From Octopus vulgaris (Eukaryota), in NCBI GenBank assembly GCA_951406725.2, contig OX597814.1:35960001-36024000 (forward strand): a stretch of DNA of 64,000 nt. Reading direction: 5' to 3'. A model generated the notes under the pieces. It was given only the letters and a program-made list of their open reading frames with translations, was not told the DNA's origin and did no database searches. Each line of letters begins with the position of its first letter. Positions within the stretch are counted from its first letter, which is position 1. The translations under genes and the position numbers were made by a program. Below, piece after piece: positions 62,184 through 64,000 of this stretch.

Positions 62184-62545
62184 CAGTTCTATATTTAAGA
62201 GATGAGGAATTATGTACATTATTTACTATTGACGGATATTTGTCCTCATCTTGTTTGTTGTTAACATAACATTTGGGCTGATATGCCCTCCAGCCTTCAT
62301 CGAGTGTCTTGGGAAAATTTCGAATCTGGGTTCTCATGTCTAAGGTATTTTTATTTTTCGATGTTTGTTGTTGTTATTATTATTATTATTATTATTATAA
62401 TTATTGTAAGTATTATTATTATTATTATTGTTGTTATTATTCAGGTCACTGCTTGGAATTGAATTCGGAATCTTGGGGGTTAGTAGCCCATGCTCTTAAC
62501 CACTATACCATATTCCAGTGGGCATATGCATAGTGGTTAAGAGCA
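62184..62545 (-). mobile_element. Second copy of the tRNA-headed hammerhead retroelement, with inverted head duplication
   Basis: Collinear with 38381-38620; hammerhead core mutated (UCGAUGA, CAAA) but stem II GGCUG/CAGCC intact; 16-bp perfect inverted repeat 62491-62506 / 62530-62545. Confidence 0.75.
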
Positions 62546-62967
62546 AGGGGTGCAATTTGTTTGACTAAACCCTTGAAGGTAGTACTCCAGCATGGCAGCA
62601 GTCCAGTGACTGAAAAAGTAAAAGATAAAAAAGATAACAGTATACTAATAGTCCAAAGATTTTCTTTCTGTAATATTCTCCTTGCAAGGAATCGACATTG
62701 GAACTACATGGTTATGAAGATAACTTCTTTATCTGTAATCTTTGATCTTTTGACGTTTATTTCTTTCAGTCATTACACAGCAGCAATGCTGGAGCACCAC
62801 CTTGCAAAATATTTAGTGGAATGAATTGACCCGAATTCTTTTATTTTTTTAAGCCTGCTACTTATGTACTTATTCTGTTGAATTCATTTGCTGAACTGCA
62901 AAGCTACAGCAATATTAATACATTAACACCAGCTATCAGATGATGGTGGGGGATATACATGGACATG

Positions 62968-63160
62968 CGGGTGGCATGTAAAAAGCACCCACTGCACTCG
63001 CGGAGTGGTTGGCGTTAGGAAGGGCATCCAGCCGTAGAAACACTGCCAGATCAGACTGGGCCTGATGCAGCATTCTGGCTTCACAGACCCCAGTTGAACC
63101 GTCCAACCCATGCTAGCATGGAAAACGGACGCTAAATGATGATGATGGTGATGATGATGA
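62968..63160 (+). mobile_element. Young SINE family A 3' part
   Basis: Near-identical reverse complement of the tail-proximal part of 28806-29150. Confidence 0.9.
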
Positions 63161-63194
63161 TAAAGACACACACACACACACACACACACATATA

Positions 63195-63900
63195 ATCAAA
63201 ATAAACAACAGGATATCAAGTACTGATGCAGTATGACTGTTTCAAGTGGCTCCATTTAATTGAACAATGCAATGATTACATCAATTCAAATGCAATGCCA
63301 TTTTCAGCTGCACAAATAAATGAATAATTAGAATTTTAACAAGTAGGACAAATAAATATAAATTTTTTTCAAATATTTCAACAGGGCAAGAAGATGGAAG
63401 AAATTCATGTTGTCACTATTGTAGTTAAGAATAGACTACACTTCCAAGAATCATATAAAGCCTAGTGGGATCAGTGTTGTAATGGATTGTAATTTATTTC
63501 TAATTCATTTATCTCTTCATCAACTACTAAAGTTAAGACTAGTAGACTGTGTCTATTTTGATTAAAGGACAAGTGTGAGTTGACAGCTCATGGCAAAGTA
63601 TGGTCATAAATATTATCGTATGTATCCCTTTTCCTCAGGGAGGAAAAGAAGACTTAGGGAGTAGTCAATTGGATATAAGTAACTGTCTATAAAAAGAGGC
63701 AGAGTAGGGGTAGACTTTAAATCATAATGTTAATCACCAGTTAAAGGGGAAAGACACTAAGACACCTAAGATGTTAATTCAGAGGAACTTTTATTTTGAG
63801 GCATTATGGGTGATTGTTTATAAACAATATTGTTATATTTATGAAAATAAAATTTAAGAATTTCAATAATGTTATCACAACCAAAATAGGTAAAAGATGA
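63195..63900 (-). mobile_element. Penelope-like module, copy 2 of 8975-9650, decayed hammerhead at 63227-63312
   Basis: Shared aatcaaaataa.caacaggatatcaag..gatgcagtatgac..tttcaag..gctccatttaattgaacaatgcaat; minus strand UGCAG-CUGAAAA-..-GAAA-CAGUC-AUA-CUGCA. Confidence 0.55.
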
Positions 63901-63903
63901 GTG

Positions 63904-63974
<71 letters not shown>

Positions 63975-64000
63975 CAGACTTCTTTCAGCTTCCATTAAAC

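Overview
AT-rich, microsatellite-dense eukaryotic DNA. The tRNA-headed SINE families, (GAT)n-tailed RTE-type ends and Dong/R4, RTE and Penelope-type debris point to a coleoid cephalopod, most likely Octopus (inference from repeat families, not from a search). There is no intact long protein-coding ORF; most ORF-track entries are translations of (TA)n, (CA)n or trinucleotide repeats. The window is mostly decayed mobile DNA: two R4/Dong-type RLE LINE relics, RTE fragments, a Mag-lineage Ty3/Gypsy relic, a FLYWCH-MULE, a ZMYM1/Tip100-like hAT, three mariner relics, one Tc1, piggyBac-type MITEs, a Helitron 3' end and several dozen SINE copies or fragments. A 37-nt minus-strand exon (13955-13991, DGTTSKWISLTL) resembles, from memory, the N-terminal segment of molluscan long-form PDE4, so the window may be mainly intron of that gene. 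The most striking signal is about ten type-I hammerhead-ribozyme motifs in short modules, mostly beside (TA)n tracts. Several have palindromic stem III and inverted terminal segments typical of Penelope-like elements. They include one apparently intact ribozyme (32045-32148), core variants with A3-U8 and U3-A8 compensatory pairs, and a two-copy family that joins a tRNA-like Pol III head to a hammerhead. A 9-unit SINE concatemer bounded by one 10-bp target-site duplication is also present. All coordinates and folds were derived by eye.
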